From the sequence record OR896837.1: DNA of 64,000 bases, one strand, 5' to 3'. The DNA is from Escherichia phage vB_Eco_mar004NP2. Position 1 is the first letter of the stretch. Every line of letters starts with the position of its first letter. Shown here in pieces: positions 38,200-47,802 of this stretch. Below the pieces are notes generated by a model. That model saw nothing but the letters and a program-made list of their open reading frames with translations, was not told the DNA's origin and ran no database searches. Position numbers and translations under genes: made by a program.

Positions 38200-40989
38200 G
38201 TGTTTTCAATCCTACAAGGTCATGCAGGATTTCATCGCGATTTAGCCACAGGCAATTGGCGAGAAGTTAAAGCAGAAGATTATCTTTTTGCTAAAAGATT
38301 TTCCTCAAAGCATCCTGAAGGTAAACCAGCTTCAATGCCCTTCAAGTTTGATGTAATTGACGAAGTTGATCCTCAAACCCTAGTAGAAATGCTTCCTCTT
38401 ATGAGACGTTTAACGTCTGACCCTCATATCGTTGCGGTACGAGGTCGATGTCTTGCACCTAAAAATAATGTGCGGCGTAAGAATGGCAACTTTAATGTAT
38501 CTAACCCAAGTCATATAATTGCAATGGATGTGGATGGTATTGTAGATACAGGTGGTTGTAACAAGTTTGATCTTGTTGGCATGGCTCGACATATTATTAG
38601 AATGTTAAATAGTATTAGTGAGGATATGTTTCCTCTTGATGCAGGGTTTATCGCTCATGCATCGTCTTCGGCTGGGCTAAAACCAGGTATCCGAATGCAC
38701 TTAATACTAGAATCTAATGTTAAAGTAACTCAGGGTCAAATCAAATTCTTATTTACATCTATCAACGAAAGTAGTAGACAAAAGTATGGCTTTGATATTG
38801 CCGACTTAGCTTATTACTCTTCCGTACAGCTCCATTATTTTGCAGATCCGTTATTTACCGATGGTATAGTAGATCCGTTTAAAGAGGAGGGTGCTTCACG
38901 TCTGGTATTTGTTAAGGGTTCTAAAGTAAATTTACCCAATAATCTGGTTGACTATGAAACAACTAGAGGTGAGTTTAAAGAAGAGTTCTACTCTTTACTA
39001 GACCAAATTAAGGGTAAAAAAGCTGCCTCTGATAAAGTAGAAGAAACCATCAGCGAACTAGAAGAAGCTGAGGATGGAGTGTATCTACGTATTATTCCTA
39101 AACTCTATCACAGGGCTTTAGAGGATGGTGTTGATTTTGCATGGCTAGAAAAAGAAATCCGTCCAGCCTTATCAGAATATATTGCAACTAAAGATAATAG
39201 TCGTAATATTCAAGACTACTTTAATAATGGTCGTAAACAGGCTCTAAAAGCATTTGTTAATAATTCTAAACGTTATATACCGGATGTTTTAAAAGGTATT
39301 CCACTCAAAAAGCTAGAAACTAACTCTTTAGAGACTGATAACTTCTTGAAATTAAATACTGTGCCACCAGAAGGTTATATGACTTTTGTAAAAGCGAGTC
39401 TAGGTACAGGTAAAACTACAGCGGTTGTGCGTTGGTTAGATTCAGGAGTTATTAAAGGTAATTTCTTAGCAATTACCAATACTCGAGCACTGGTATCTTC
39501 CAATGCTAAGAAATTTAGTGCAGGACAATATGATAAGTCTGTAGATATGCTTAATTTTAAGCGTGGTGCTATTGACCGTATGTCCACAACTATTCACTCT
39601 TTGCATAAGTTCAAGAGTTTTATTGGTCAAATTGATGCAATCTTTATCGATGAATGTGATGCAGTAATGAACGACCTATTATTCGCCCCGGTTGTTAAAC
39701 AACGTCGTGAATGTATTCAGGTTCTTCGGGATATTCTTGCAACTGCAAAAATCATTATATTATCAGATGGTGATATTAGTGCAGAAACAATTGAAGCATA
39801 TGGTTCTTTGATCGAGTTTGATAAACCGGTTGCATTTTATAATCATCACCGTAAAATGCTGTCAAAAGCTCATGCTTATGAGTTTCCTGATGAATCCAGT
39901 ATTTGGGTTGCACTTCAGACTTCTCTAGAGATGGGTGAGAAATCTATTCTGGTATCTGATTGTGGCCCTGATGAGCTGAATGAGAAGGGTATGGCATTAC
40001 GTCGTAATACGGGTGCGTTAGTTAAGGAAATCCACTCAAATTCTACGTCTGATGTGGATATTAGACGTATTCTGGATTACACAACTAATGAGCTGATTGA
40101 TCAACAAATTGATTGCTTATTATGTAGTCCATCCGTAACGAGTGGAGTTGACTTCAACTATTTTGATAACGTATTCGTTATTACTAGAACCAGTAACCAA
40201 GCGCCAAACATGCGTTTTCAAGCAATCAGGCGCGACCGTGGTGCTCAGAATATCTATTATTTTATTGATAAATCTACGAGTGGATTCTCTGCAGGTTCTG
40301 AACAATATAATATTGATGAGGGCTGGCTGGAGTTAGCACAGCAATTATATGCACGTCGTAGAGAGCTGGAATCTAGAAATTATACTAGTACTTTACGTTA
40401 TTACTTGCTTGATCAGGGTGCAACTATTGATATTTTCAGCGAAAGCTGGGGAACTATTGAAGGTGCAGGGAAAGAATATATGGAAGAGCGAATCAAAGCT
40501 ATTCTACATTCAACTCCTGATTATTGTGCTCCACGTCATGCGGATGCGTATGAAGCTAAACTACTTCTTGTTCGCTATTATCATCTTGAGTCTATTAAAG
40601 ATGTAACAGTTGAGCATGTTGAACAATATATCAAGGATAAACCTAATGATCGAGCGGCATTCTTCCATAAAATGCACGAGATGTTTTGGGAAGATATTAA
40701 GAAGTGTTCAAACGTCACTATCAAACCATTCATAGAAGCTCTGAAAGGTAAGAAGAAGGACTTCTTCCTTAAAACAGGTCAGAGTGCTAACCCAAAATAT
40801 GCTAGAATGTATCTTGGTATGATGGGTATTGGTAAGGATATGAACACTGAAAATATTGTAGACTGGTACAGAACCTATTGTAAAATCGAGTGTATGCCAA
40901 TTCCTTATAAGTTTATGACTGATGAGGAGAAACATATGCATGATGAAGCAATGGCAGAGCTAGGTGCTAGAAATGACAGTGAAGAATAA
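38200..40989 (+). CDS. replication initiation / origin-binding-type protein with P-loop NTPase domain
   Basis: Walker A SLGTGKTT and Walker B IFIDECD in a 929-aa protein at the head of the replication module; start set at GTG 38200 after ACAGGAG RBS. Confidence 0.5.
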   Translation: MFSILQGHAGFHRDLATGNWREVKAEDYLFAKRFSSKHPEGKPASMPFKFDVIDEVDPQTLVEMLPLMRRLTSDPHIVAVRGRCLAPKNNVRRKNGNFNVSNPSHIIAMDVDGIVDTGGCNKFDLVGMARHIIRMLNSISEDMFPLDAGFIAHASSSAGLKPGIRMHLILESNVKVTQGQIKFLFTSINESSRQKYGFDIADLAYYSSVQLHYFADPLFTDGIVDPFKEEGASRLVFVKGSKVNLPNNLVDYETTRGEFKEEFYSLLDQIKGKKAASDKVEETISELEEAEDGVYLRIIPKLYHRALEDGVDFAWLEKEIRPALSEYIATKDNSRNIQDYFNNGRKQALKAFVNNSKRYIPDVLKGIPLKKLETNSLETDNFLKLNTVPPEGYMTFVKASLGTGKTTAVVRWLDSGVIKGNFLAITNTRALVSSNAKKFSAGQYDKSVDMLNFKRGAIDRMSTTIHSLHKFKSFIGQIDAIFIDECDAVMNDLLFAPVVKQRRECIQVLRDILATAKIIILSDGDISAETIEAYGSLIEFDKPVAFYNHHRKMLSKAHAYEFPDESSIWVALQTSLEMGEKSILVSDCGPDELNEKGMALRRNTGALVKEIHSNSTSDVDIRRILDYTTNELIDQQIDCLLCSPSVTSGVDFNYFDNVFVITRTSNQAPNMRFQAIRRDRGAQNIYYFIDKSTSGFSAGSEQYNIDEGWLELAQQLYARRRELESRNYTSTLRYYLLDQGATIDIFSESWGTIEGAGKEYMEERIKAILHSTPDYCAPRHADAYEAKLLLVRYYHLESIKDVTVEHVEQYIKDKPNDRAAFFHKMHEMFWEDIKKCSNVTIKPFIEALKGKKKDFFLKTGQSANPKYARMYLGMMGIGKDMNTENIVDWYRTYCKIECMPIPYKFMTDEEKHMHDEAMAELGARNDSEE

Positions 40990-41206
40990 AAAATGGGAAA
41001 CAAGGAAGTTCCCAGTAAAAGAGCGTAAAGTTCCTGTTTACGATACTTCGGAAAAGCTATGTAGGGTGGTTCCTGCTAGATTAGCTGGCATCCCTAACAT
41101 ATCCGAGTGGTTACTTAAACAACGGAAAACAAACGTGTCTCTTCGCATCGGCTTTGAATTAGATAAAGTCTATGCTGAACTTGCTTCTTTGCTCAAGGAA
41201 TCGTAA
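40973..41206 (+). CDS. hypothetical small protein
   Basis: ORF overlapping end of preceding gene. Confidence 0.35.
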   Translation: MTVKNKKWETRKFPVKERKVPVYDTSEKLCRVVPARLAGIPNISEWLLKQRKTNVSLRIGFELDKVYAELASLLKES

Positions 41207-41214
41207 AAATTTAT

Positions 41215-41243
41215 TTGCATAGTGCAAAAAATTTCTGTATAAT
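41215..41243 (+). promoter_or_regulatory. sigma70-like promoter
   Basis: TTGCAT, 17 bp, TATAAT, then ATAAATTTGAGAGAGGAG leader. Confidence 0.55.
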
Positions 41244-41274
41244 AGATTCATAAATTTGAGAGAGGAGTTTAAAT

Positions 41275-41979
41275 ATGGCTGGTTCTCGTAGAAAGAAACA
41301 TATCCATGAAATCCCGGATGAAGTCTTTAAAAAGGTTATAGAGCATCTGGAGAACGGTGGTACTAAGAAAGCAGCATGTGAAATGCTCGGCGTATCATCT
41401 AATCCAACTATGGAAAGAATGATTGAAGAATGGCAAGACCGCCAGATTCAAGTTGCCGAAATGAAGAAAAAGAAACGTGGCACACTCATTGAAGGCATTG
41501 AGTTAGCTAACGTTATTGAGCAGTATTTATCTGGTGATTCTTTTGAAGAAATTGCCGATCGTAATTACCGCTCTGTAGCAATGGTTAAATCTGTTCTGGA
41601 ACGATATGGTGCTCTACTTCGTTTGAACGATATTGTAGATCCATTGAATCCTCCAATTATTCCTGATGATGCTGTAGCAGAAGAATTTGCAGTTGGTGAG
41701 CTTGTTTGGGTTCCTGGATACCAGTGTATCGGTGAAATCAAAAAAGCAATGGATAATCCTGTTGGTTGTTACCGTGTATGGCTTCTATCGGAAGGCAAAC
41801 AACAGAACGTCCATTATATGAATTACGAGTTGGCCTCTGTTAAGCATCTAGAAAAGTTAGGGGTTGACGTAAAATCTCTAGGGTACAAGTGGACTCGTGA
41901 AGAAATTATTACGTTGATTAACGAAGCTGTTAAGGCCGCCCTGAAGCTTGATAAAGAAAAAGGAAAACGCCGTGAGTAA
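41275..41979 (+). CDS. putative HTH DNA-binding protein
   Basis: N-terminal GGTKKAACEMLGVSSNPTMERMIEEW helix-turn-helix-like segment. Confidence 0.45.
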   Translation: MAGSRRKKHIHEIPDEVFKKVIEHLENGGTKKAACEMLGVSSNPTMERMIEEWQDRQIQVAEMKKKKRGTLIEGIELANVIEQYLSGDSFEEIADRNYRSVAMVKSVLERYGALLRLNDIVDPLNPPIIPDDAVAEEFAVGELVWVPGYQCIGEIKKAMDNPVGCYRVWLLSEGKQQNVHYMNYELASVKHLEKLGVDVKSLGYKWTREEIITLINEAVKAALKLDKEKGKRRE

Positions 41980-42235
41980 GCTAACAGATTTGCTTAAAGA
42001 TGGAGATGTAAAATATCTCCAGCGGGATAGCTGGGGTAATTGGGACGCTCGTACTTATTACTCTACTATTATAAAAGTAGATGTTGATAATAATGATATT
42101 GTCGAGTTTACCTGGTGGCTCAATGAAGGTGGGTATACCAAGTTCGATATAAAAGACGCAACATGGAAAACCTCCTCCCTAACCCTAGAAGAAGCTCTGG
42201 CGGATGATTGGGAGATCGTTGAGCTAGATGTGTAG
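41971..42235 (+). CDS. hypothetical protein
   Basis: ORF; probable GTG start after AAAAAGGAAAA. Confidence 0.4.
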
Positions 42236-42256
42236 CAATTACAGAAAAAATTTCAG

Positions 42257-42285
42257 TTGCTTAATCCTATAATTCTTGATATAAT
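42257..42285 (+). promoter_or_regulatory. sigma70-like promoter
   Basis: TTGCTT, 17 bp, TATAAT. Confidence 0.5.
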
Positions 42286-42342
42286 ATTCTCATAGTTTGA
42301 AAGAACTATTCTGTTTAATTATTAATTAAGGAAATATAAAAT

Positions 42343-42753
42343 ATGACTACTCCAACTCAGTGGACTGATGAACTGTTCGAAAAAATGTCTTCCGAATACG
42401 TTGCTCGTATGGAGCAATTCCCAGAGGATGAACGTCCGGGTGTTAGCATGGAAATTGTTAGCGAAATTGCCCAGGAAAATGGTGTAACTCCGAACGGTTT
42501 TCGTATGAAGCTAACTAAAGCAGGTGTGTATATCAAGAAAGCTGCTGGCTCTGCTTCTAAATCTAGCGCATCTACTGGAGAAAAAGCTTCTGGTGGTTCT
42601 CGTACTTCCAAAGCCCAAGCTCATGCCGATCTTCGTTCAGCATTCTCTGATGCTGGCTTAGCACCAGATTTTCTGGATGATGCAATTATCGACAAACTGA
42701 CCGGTAAAGCGGCTGCTCATCTGGCAGAAGCAATCCGAGCTATCACTAAGTAA
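42343..42753 (+). CDS. hypothetical protein (136 aa)
   Basis: ORF with RBS AAGGAAA. Confidence 0.5.
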   Translation: MTTPTQWTDELFEKMSSEYVARMEQFPEDERPGVSMEIVSEIAQENGVTPNGFRMKLTKAGVYIKKAAGSASKSSASTGEKASGGSRTSKAQAHADLRSAFSDAGLAPDFLDDAIIDKLTGKAAAHLAEAIRAITK

Positions 42754-42789
42754 TTTCTAGATAAATCCACCAACAAAAGGAACACAGTT

Positions 42790-43083
42790 ATGACCAAAGC
42801 TGAAATTATCGCACAATGTGAAAAATTTGGTGAGTTTTATCTTCATTACGAGAAACTTCGTCAGAAAGGAACCACGTACCTTCAGGGTACGATGGAATTT
42901 GATCCAGCCCAAGATAAATATCTGGCTGAGCGTATTAAACGTGAACGTATTCGTAAAGCGAAAGATGATGAGATCCTTGTCTTCTCTCGTACTAATGATA
43001 GCTTCCGTTTTATTCCTGTCGAGAAAGTCCGTCGTGTGACTAGCCTCCAATCAGAGTTAGATCGTGCTTCTCCAGTAGGCTGA
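42790..43083 (+). CDS. hypothetical protein (97 aa)
   Basis: ORF. Confidence 0.45.
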   Translation: MTKAEIIAQCEKFGEFYLHYEKLRQKGTTYLQGTMEFDPAQDKYLAERIKRERIRKAKDDEILVFSRTNDSFRFIPVEKVRRVTSLQSELDRASPVG

Positions 43084-43095
43084 TAAGAAACCAAT

Positions 43096-43118
43096 TAGCC
43101 CCTATATGGGGCTTTTTG
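43096..43118 (+). terminator. rho-independent terminator
   Basis: AGCCCC-TATA-TGGGGCT hairpin + TTTTTGTG. Confidence 0.55.
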
Positions 43119-43136
43119 TGTATTTGGGATATGTAA

Positions 43137-43445
43137 ATGAGCGAACAGGTAAATCAAAACTATGAAGGACACGTTGATGACCAGTCCATCATACTCTGGG
43201 AGAAGGAGGGAGAACAAGTAAGATTAACAGTATCTGAATTTCGTGGGAATCTATACATGGGTATTCGTTACTGGCTTCTTGATATTAATGATGAATGGTT
43301 TCCAACGAAATCTGGCTTCTCTTTTCCTTACACCCTAGAAACAACATCGCAGCTTTTCTATGCGTTTACACAGATTCTTAGCGAATCTGAGGTTTTACAT
43401 GAAGTACAGAAACGAGCTGAAGAACTCAAAGCCAAGAATGCCTAG
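43137..43445 (+). CDS. hypothetical protein (102 aa)
   Basis: ORF. Confidence 0.45.
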   Translation: MSEQVNQNYEGHVDDQSIILWEKEGEQVRLTVSEFRGNLYMGIRYWLLDINDEWFPTKSGFSFPYTLETTSQLFYAFTQILSESEVLHEVQKRAEELKAKNA

Positions 43446-43472
43446 TTCTTGGCTTTTTCTTTATAAATGTAT

Positions 43473-43501
43473 TTGCTTTCAACTCAGTTTTGTTATATAA
43501 T
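43473..43501 (+). promoter_or_regulatory. sigma70-like promoter
   Basis: TTGCTT, 17 bp, TATAAT. Confidence 0.55.
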
Positions 43502-43532
43502 ATTTATATAAATTAATGAGAGATACAAATAA

Positions 43533-44504
43533 ATGACTAATGTAAAAGACTTTATTAAACGTTGCCAAGAAGCATATTACCAGGGAATGTCTTTAATCTC
43601 TGACGAAGAATATGATCGTCTGATTAAAAGATTTCCGTTAGAAGAAGAGATCGGGCCTAAGGGCGATATTCCACATCTGTATCGTATGTATTCTTTACAG
43701 AAAGTTTATTATAATCGTGGAGATAAACCTCCGTTTAACCCATTAGGTCAGGTAGAAACTGATAAGTTAGATGGTTGTGCGATTTCTCTGTTATATATTA
43801 ATGGCGAATTTGTTCAAGCATTAACTCGTGGTAATGGCATTCTAGGGAATGATGTCACAAGCAACGTAAGATTGCTGAACATCCCTAAAAAGATTTCCCA
43901 AAAAGTACCTACTCAAATCACTGGTGAAGTTCTAATTACAAAAGAAGTAGAAAATAAACGTAACTTTGCCTCTGGTGCTATTAACCTCAAGGATAGAGAT
44001 GATTTCGTACAACGTATCGGGGAAGGTGGTTTAATCTTCGTTGCATATGGTATCCAGTGTTCTGCTGAATCTGTAGGTATTACAGAAGCGTATTTAAAAG
44101 ATATGCTTTGGCTGGAGAATGAGAACTTCTTAACAGTTGTTAATGTGCGTTCCTTCTTTAAATGGATTCCGACGGACGGTAAAGTTGTTCGTATCAATGA
44201 CAATAACAAATTCTTCCGAGAAGGCTGGACTAATAAATTCCCTCGTGGAGCATTCGCTATTAAAGAGGATGAAGAAGGCGAAATTACAACTCTTACTAAA
44301 GTTGAATGGCAGGTAGGGGCTTCTGGTAAAGTAACTCCAGTTGGTTATTTTGAACCGGTAATTATTGATGATGCTACAATTGTTAAAGCGACTCTTAATA
44401 ACGTTGATTATATTAACTCTCTCGATCTAGAGATCGGTTGCCAGATTCGAGTGATTCGTGCTGGTGGTGTAATCCCGTGTATAGTAGAGCGAGTATACGA
44501 TTAA
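43533..44504 (+). CDS. NAD-dependent DNA ligase, adenylation-domain subunit (split ligase, part A)
   Basis: KLDG adenylation motif and OB-like region; C-terminal Zn/HhH/BRCT modules are in the next gene. Confidence 0.7.
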   Translation: MTNVKDFIKRCQEAYYQGMSLISDEEYDRLIKRFPLEEEIGPKGDIPHLYRMYSLQKVYYNRGDKPPFNPLGQVETDKLDGCAISLLYINGEFVQALTRGNGILGNDVTSNVRLLNIPKKISQKVPTQITGEVLITKEVENKRNFASGAINLKDRDDFVQRIGEGGLIFVAYGIQCSAESVGITEAYLKDMLWLENENFLTVVNVRSFFKWIPTDGKVVRINDNNKFFREGWTNKFPRGAFAIKEDEEGEITTLTKVEWQVGASGKVTPVGYFEPVIIDDATIVKATLNNVDYINSLDLEIGCQIRVIRAGGVIPCIVERVYD

Positions 44505-44554
44505 TACATAACCCTTTGCTACCCATCTACCATATCGGAATTATAAAGTGGTTA

Positions 44555-44583
44555 TTGACATTTTCGCCGCTTAGGTATATACT
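44555..44583 (+). promoter_or_regulatory. sigma70-like promoter in ligase intergenic region
   Basis: TTGACA, 17 bp, TATACT. Confidence 0.5.
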
Positions 44584-44646
44584 ATTATCATTCAGTTGAG
44601 GGATAGAAAGTTATGGCGAGGGTAAGCAAAGTTAGTTAAAATTGTA

Positions 44647-44676
44647 GTTGCTAAATGCTTAAATACTTGCTATAAT
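44647..44676 (+). promoter_or_regulatory. sigma70-like promoter
   Basis: TTGCTA, 18 bp, TATAAT. Confidence 0.45.
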
Positions 44677-44703
44677 ATTTATATAAATTGATAAGGAAGA
44701 AAT

Positions 44704-45486
44704 TTGATGAAAATCGAAATTCCAACACAATGTCCCTCTTGTGGTTCTAAGCTAGATCTTGTCAACGGACAATTATTCTGTCGGAATAAGTCCAACTGTC
44801 CAGCGCAATCAAGTAAGTTAATTGAGAACTTCTGTTCAAAAATGAAGTTAAAGGGCTTTGGCCCAAAAACTATTGAGAAGCTGGAGCTGACGAAGATTTC
44901 AGAACTATTTTACCTAACCGAAGAAGATTTGGTTAGAGCCGTGGGTAGCAAGGTTGCCGCTAAGTTAATTAGCGAATTAAATACTAAAGTTCGCGGAGAC
45001 ATTGACTTTGGTTCAGTTCTCGGTTCTTTAGGAATCCCTCTAATTGGAGAGGTTGCAGCAAAGAAATTATCCCAAAATTACACTAGCTTCCATGATGTGA
45101 AGGCTGACGGCAAGGCTGGAGAAAATTACAAAGCCTGGCTAAATTCCCCACAAGGCAAGGATGTTATCGAACTACCGTGGAAATTTTCAACTGGTATTAA
45201 GGGCACTAAAGCTGACGTCATCATTACAGATGAATTAGTTGCCCAGCCAAATGGAATCGCGGTATGTATTACCGGATCTTTGCAAGATTTTGCAAATCGA
45301 ACGGATGCAACAAACTATTTAGAAGGTCTAGGGTATACGGTTAAGAAATCCGTTACTAAAGACGTCAAATACCTAATCTGTGAGGATGAATCAAAACGTT
45401 CTTCCTCATCTTATAAGAAAGCCGAAACGAATGGGATAGAAATCCTGTCGATTAAAGAACTATTGGAGAAAAATAATAATGTCTAA
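44704..45486 (+). CDS. NAD-dependent DNA ligase, Zn-finger/HhH/BRCT subunit (split ligase, part B)
   Basis: CPSCGSKL...CRNKSNCPAQ zinc finger, helix-hairpin-helix-like GFGPKT, C-terminal BRCT-like region. Confidence 0.7.
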   Translation: MMKIEIPTQCPSCGSKLDLVNGQLFCRNKSNCPAQSSKLIENFCSKMKLKGFGPKTIEKLELTKISELFYLTEEDLVRAVGSKVAAKLISELNTKVRGDIDFGSVLGSLGIPLIGEVAAKKLSQNYTSFHDVKADGKAGENYKAWLNSPQGKDVIELPWKFSTGIKGTKADVIITDELVAQPNGIAVCITGSLQDFANRTDATNYLEGLGYTVKKSVTKDVKYLICEDESKRSSSSYKKAETNGIEILSIKELLEKNNNV

Positions 45487-46246
45487 ACTGAACTGGAACG
45501 TAGAAGGTGTAACCGAGTCTCTGAAAGCAAAAGCCACTGCTCTGGGTGTTGCTGTAATCTCTCAAGAACAAGTAGCTGCTATCGCTGCTGAACTGGCTGC
45601 TGAAACTGGCAAAGACGTTACCGCTCGCTCTGTTGGCTCTAAGCTGCGTAAAGAAGGTTTTGAAGTACAAAAAGCTAACGAAGTACAGAAATCCCCGTGG
45701 ACTCCTGAGCAGGAAGCTGAACTGGTTGATTTCCTGAACGCTCATGCTGGTCAGTATACCTATGCTGAAATCGCTGCTGCTGTAGCTGGTGGTCAATTTG
45801 GTGCTAAGCAGGTACAGGGTAAGATCCTGAGTCTGGAAATGACCGCCTCTGTTAAACCAACTGAAAAAGCTGCTGCTGTTCGTTCCTTCACTCCTGATGA
45901 AGAAACCGATTTTGTTAATCAGGTTGTTGCTGGGGCTACTATTGAAGCTATCGCTGCTCACTTCGGTCGTAATATCAAGCAGATCCGTGGTAAAGCTCTG
46001 AGCCTGCTTCGTGAAGGTCGTATCGCTGCTATGCCGGTACAGGAAACTTCAAGTGCTAAAACTCGTGAAGATCTGTTAGAAGGTCTGGATCTGGCTAACA
46101 TGACTGTTGCTGAGATCGCTGAGAAAACTGGTAAATCTGAGCGCGGTGTTAAATCTATGCTGTCTCGTCGTGGTCTAGTTGCTAAGGACTATGATGGTGC
46201 TGCTAAGCGTGCTAAACTGGATGCAAAAGCTGCGGCTGCTGAATAA
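45479..46246 (+). CDS. Ala-rich protein with four internal repeats, putative abundant DNA-binding protein
   Basis: Repeated ~50-aa units ending in basic helices; codon usage strongly biased to host-preferred codons unlike neighbours. Confidence 0.45.
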   Translation: MSKLNWNVEGVTESLKAKATALGVAVISQEQVAAIAAELAAETGKDVTARSVGSKLRKEGFEVQKANEVQKSPWTPEQEAELVDFLNAHAGQYTYAEIAAAVAGGQFGAKQVQGKILSLEMTASVKPTEKAAAVRSFTPDEETDFVNQVVAGATIEAIAAHFGRNIKQIRGKALSLLREGRIAAMPVQETSSAKTREDLLEGLDLANMTVAEIAEKTGKSERGVKSMLSRRGLVAKDYDGAAKRAKLDAKAAAAE

Positions 46247-46264
46247 TCTGGTAAATTAAACCTA

Positions 46265-46297
46265 AGGGGAGGGGGCTATGCTCCTTCCCCTTTTTTG
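46265..46297 (+). terminator. rho-independent terminator
   Basis: GGGGAGGGGG...CCTTCCCC hairpin + TTTTTT. Confidence 0.5.
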
Positions 46298-46329
46298 CAT
46301 TTAGAAGGCACGAAAGCGTGCAAAGGAGA

Positions 46330-47802
46330 ATGACCTTGTTTAACGTGCAAGCTGTAGTGTTGAAGATGCTTCTTGCTTCTGAACAGAAGCAAATAGCATT
46401 GGAAACATTCTCAAAACTGCATAAAGATCATTTTAATGACGCTTTCTCCTCAATTTACCAAGCCGTCCAGAATTATTATAAAAAATATAACACAATGCCG
46501 TCCATTGACGCACTTATGCTTGAAGCTAATAGGAACGCCCGCCTTTCTCAAGCTCTAGTCGTCTTAGCTAACACTCAAATTCCAGAAGTGAGCATGGAAC
46601 AGGCACTTGAAGTCCTAGAGGCCGAATATACACAAGATTTATTCCTAAAGCTTCTAGAAACAGATGTGCTTCAAGATTTAACAATGCTGGATCAGGGAGA
46701 AATTCTCAACCGAGTTGCCTCCCTTCACTTAAAATTAGAAGAGAAAGTAACGAATACTGGAAAAGTATTCAACGCAGATAACATGCGTATTTTCCAGAGA
46801 GAAGAAGATACCAAACTGAACTTAATCGCTCTTGGTATTTGTAATGAGTTCGACGCTCAAATTGGTTTAGCTCGCACAGAAACGTTACTGCTTGGTGGTT
46901 GGCGTGGTACTGGTAAATCCATTATCTGTTCAAACATACAGGTTCAGCAATATTTGAATGGAGATATTGCTCCATACTTCTCAATTGAGATGAAAGAACA
47001 TGAAGTATTTAGACGTAATCTAGCCATGTTAGCTGGTGTATCAGCATTAGCAATGCGTAATAATACTCTAGAAGGTGCAGCTCTGTTGAGATTGGCCAGA
47101 ACTAGAGCTAGGATGTTCAACGGGGGTGAGGAGCTTTTCGATAACTTCGTTAAACAGTATACAATGGCTAAGATGAGTGATTTCTACGATATGGAGAGTA
47201 AGCTAATAGAAGGATATGAGCTACATACTCCTATGATTATTGTTTATGACCCTGAGCTGTCCATTACAACAGTTGACGTAGAATTAAATAAATTAGTTGC
47301 TAGATACGGAGATAAAGTTACAGTAGCTTTACTGGACTATATTAACCAAACCCGACTTCCAGACTCTAAAACCATTGATATGTATGACTGGAAAGAACAG
47401 ATGGTTGTCAGCTCGTCTTTCAAATCTATCTGCCAGAAACATAACGTGGCTGGTGTAGCTCCTTACCAGATTGATCAAGATGGTAGAACACGTATGTCAA
47501 AGGGGATTCTTGATTCCGCAGACATGGCTGCTAATCTTAATGCTGCAAAAGCTGATAATGGTCAAGGTGCTATTATGTTTGACTTCGTTAAGACCCGTTC
47601 TTCTGATAGCGTGAAGTTTATGCCTAAAATGAACTGGGAAACCCTGCGGATGGATAACACTATCAACCTAGCAATGGAAGATATATCTCAAATGGAAGCT
47701 GAGTTCGTTATCCCTATTGAGAAGGATAAGCCGGCTCAATCTAAACGTGCTAAGAAAGACAAAGCTGAAAATTCAACAGGTGAACAGGCCAGCGATATAT
47801 GA
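46330..47802 (+). CDS. RecA-fold replicative helicase-like ATPase (DnaB-like)
   Basis: Walker A GGWRGTGKS; directly upstream of and coupled to the primase; start uncertain (ATG 46330 or TTG 46336). Confidence 0.5.
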   Translation: MTLFNVQAVVLKMLLASEQKQIALETFSKLHKDHFNDAFSSIYQAVQNYYKKYNTMPSIDALMLEANRNARLSQALVVLANTQIPEVSMEQALEVLEAEYTQDLFLKLLETDVLQDLTMLDQGEILNRVASLHLKLEEKVTNTGKVFNADNMRIFQREEDTKLNLIALGICNEFDAQIGLARTETLLLGGWRGTGKSIICSNIQVQQYLNGDIAPYFSIEMKEHEVFRRNLAMLAGVSALAMRNNTLEGAALLRLARTRARMFNGGEELFDNFVKQYTMAKMSDFYDMESKLIEGYELHTPMIIVYDPELSITTVDVELNKLVARYGDKVTVALLDYINQTRLPDSKTIDMYDWKEQMVVSSSFKSICQKHNVAGVAPYQIDQDGRTRMSKGILDSADMAANLNAAKADNGQGAIMFDFVKTRSSDSVKFMPKMNWETLRMDNTINLAMEDISQMEAEFVIPIEKDKPAQSKRAKKDKAENSTGEQASDI

